Assembly (NCBI GenBank): GCA_013239625.1
Contig: MU053493.1
Location: forward strand, 1,497,793 to 1,561,792
Length of the DNA stretch: 64,000 bases
Source of the DNA: Lama guanicoe
Taxonomy: Eukaryota
Reading direction: 5' to 3'
Positions 62,800 through 64,000 of this stretch are shown here, one piece after another; position 1 is the stretch's first letter, and the number at the start of each line of letters is the position of its first letter. Under the pieces are notes generated by a model that had not been told where the DNA came from, ran no database searches, and saw only the letters and a list, made by a program, of their open reading frames with translations. The position numbers and the translations under genes were made by a program.

Positions 62800-62998
62800 C
62801 GAGCCAGGCTCCAAACTGGACTTTATCATTAGGTTGCTGTGTGAGCCTGGGCAGGTGGCTTAACCTCTCTGTGCCTCAGAGAAGCTCCTCACATGAAAAA
62901 TGGGAATAGTAGTAACAAAACTCAGCGTTTTGTGAGGCTCCAAAGAGTTAATAAATGCATAATACTCAGCCCAGTGTTTGGCATTTGGTGAACACTCA
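62800..62998 (+). mobile_element. MIR SINE
   Basis: gctgtgtgagcctgggcaggtggcttaacctctctgtgcctcag...aaaatgggaatagtagta...ttgtgagg. Confidence 0.8.
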
Positions 62999-63728
62999 CT
63001 ACCCACTGGGTCCTATAATGCCCTGACCCATTTCTATACAGAGCACATTTATATGCATCCCTGCATGTTGATACGTGCCCCAAACTGTACAAACTGGACC
63101 GTTTACAGTGGTCGCCTGGAAGCGGGGGTGAGCATGGAGGAAGGGGGTCAATGTGGATGTCCATCCTCTTATGATGGGTCTACTGATAAATTCTTCCCGC
63201 TTTCTCTAAAAAGTACTAACTCATGTAGGTAGGTACTTAATAGGTGCAGTATGTAGGCGGATGGACAAGAGCTGAGCAGACAGAGCCCTGGGACACTAGG
63301 CCTTTCTCCCGTCCCACGGGCCACCCAAGAGTAGGCGAGGGGGTGGGTGCATGGAGGGGGGCGCCTCCCAGTGCCGGGGCCGTGACGTCTAGCATCGCTA
63401 GTCTTCCTTCCCTGCGCTTTGCTCCACCTCCTGGGGCCCAAGTCCCCCAAGTAGACACAGTCACTCGGTGAACAGTGATCTCATCTAAAAATACACAGCC
63501 TTCAGGAGGATCCAGGGTCCATTAACCTGGCTTCGTGCGAACAGCCGGCCAGGTGCTGTTTGCGGGAAGGGGGCTGGCAAGCAGAACGCAGGGGATGGGG
63601 ATCAGGCACCAGTCTGAACCCTGGACCCCTTAGGCGCTAGAAGGCAGGTGCACCCGTCACCCATTTCATTTCCTCCAGGGATGGCCTGGGGCCCGGGAAA
63701 GATGCAGGGGTGCGGTCTCCGGAGTCCA

Positions 63729-63988
63729 TCTTCCTCCCACTCACCCCTCCTCCCCCTCCTCCTTCCCCCACCCCTCCTCCCGCCCCGCCATCCTCTTCCC
63801 TCTTCCCATCCCCGGCCCCTCCTCCTCCCCCTTACCCCTCCTCCTGCCTCGCCCTCCTCCCCTTCCTCCTCCACCCGCCTCCGGACCTCACCCCCTTTAT
63901 CTTCATCTCTCCATCCCCTTTCTCGCTACCCCTCTTTTCCTTTCTCCTGTCTCCTTCTTCTCCCCCTTGCCCTCTCCCTCCCTCCGTC
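63729..63988. repeat. Polypyrimidine/polypurine low-complexity tract
   Basis: Almost pure C/T on the + strand, with many C runs. Confidence 0.9.
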
Positions 63989-64000
63989 CGGGTAGCAGAG

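Noticed and set aside
126..64000. The many 60-230 aa ORFs in GC-rich segments
   Set aside because: They overlap in all six frames with no family similarity or coherent exon structure; this is expected from stop-codon scarcity.
1..64000. A novel multi-gene biological system or an identifiable host gene
   Set aside because: All recognisable coding similarity belongs to decayed L1 or ERV-L. Small exons could be missed without alignment, so a synteny or BLAST search is needed.

Overview
This is mammalian nuclear DNA, most likely camelid (inferred from about 15 copies of a tRNA-Ala-derived Vic-1-like SINE). It is repeat-rich and looks intergenic or intronic. I could not recognise any host protein-coding exon or RNA gene. 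The only protein homologies I can support are decayed LINE-1 ORF2 and ERV-L gag/pol/dUTPase remnants. Layout: a GC-rich start; an AT-rich nested LINE-1 cluster at about 4.2-19.1 kb containing a young 5'-truncated L1 with a near-identical ~2.16 kb internal tandem duplication and two N gaps; GC-rich unique DNA with scattered MaLR/ERV LTRs, MIR/L2, DNA-transposon fossils and candidate regulatory motifs (E-box plus two MEF2 sites, CArG, CTCF); a (CAT/CAC)n tract; and a CpG-enriched, polypyrimidine, promoter-like end. I found no evidence of a new biological system. The notable signals are retrotransposition and mutation-mechanism footprints and putative cis-elements. Repeat family names come from my recollection of consensus sequences and need Dfam/RepeatMasker confirmation.
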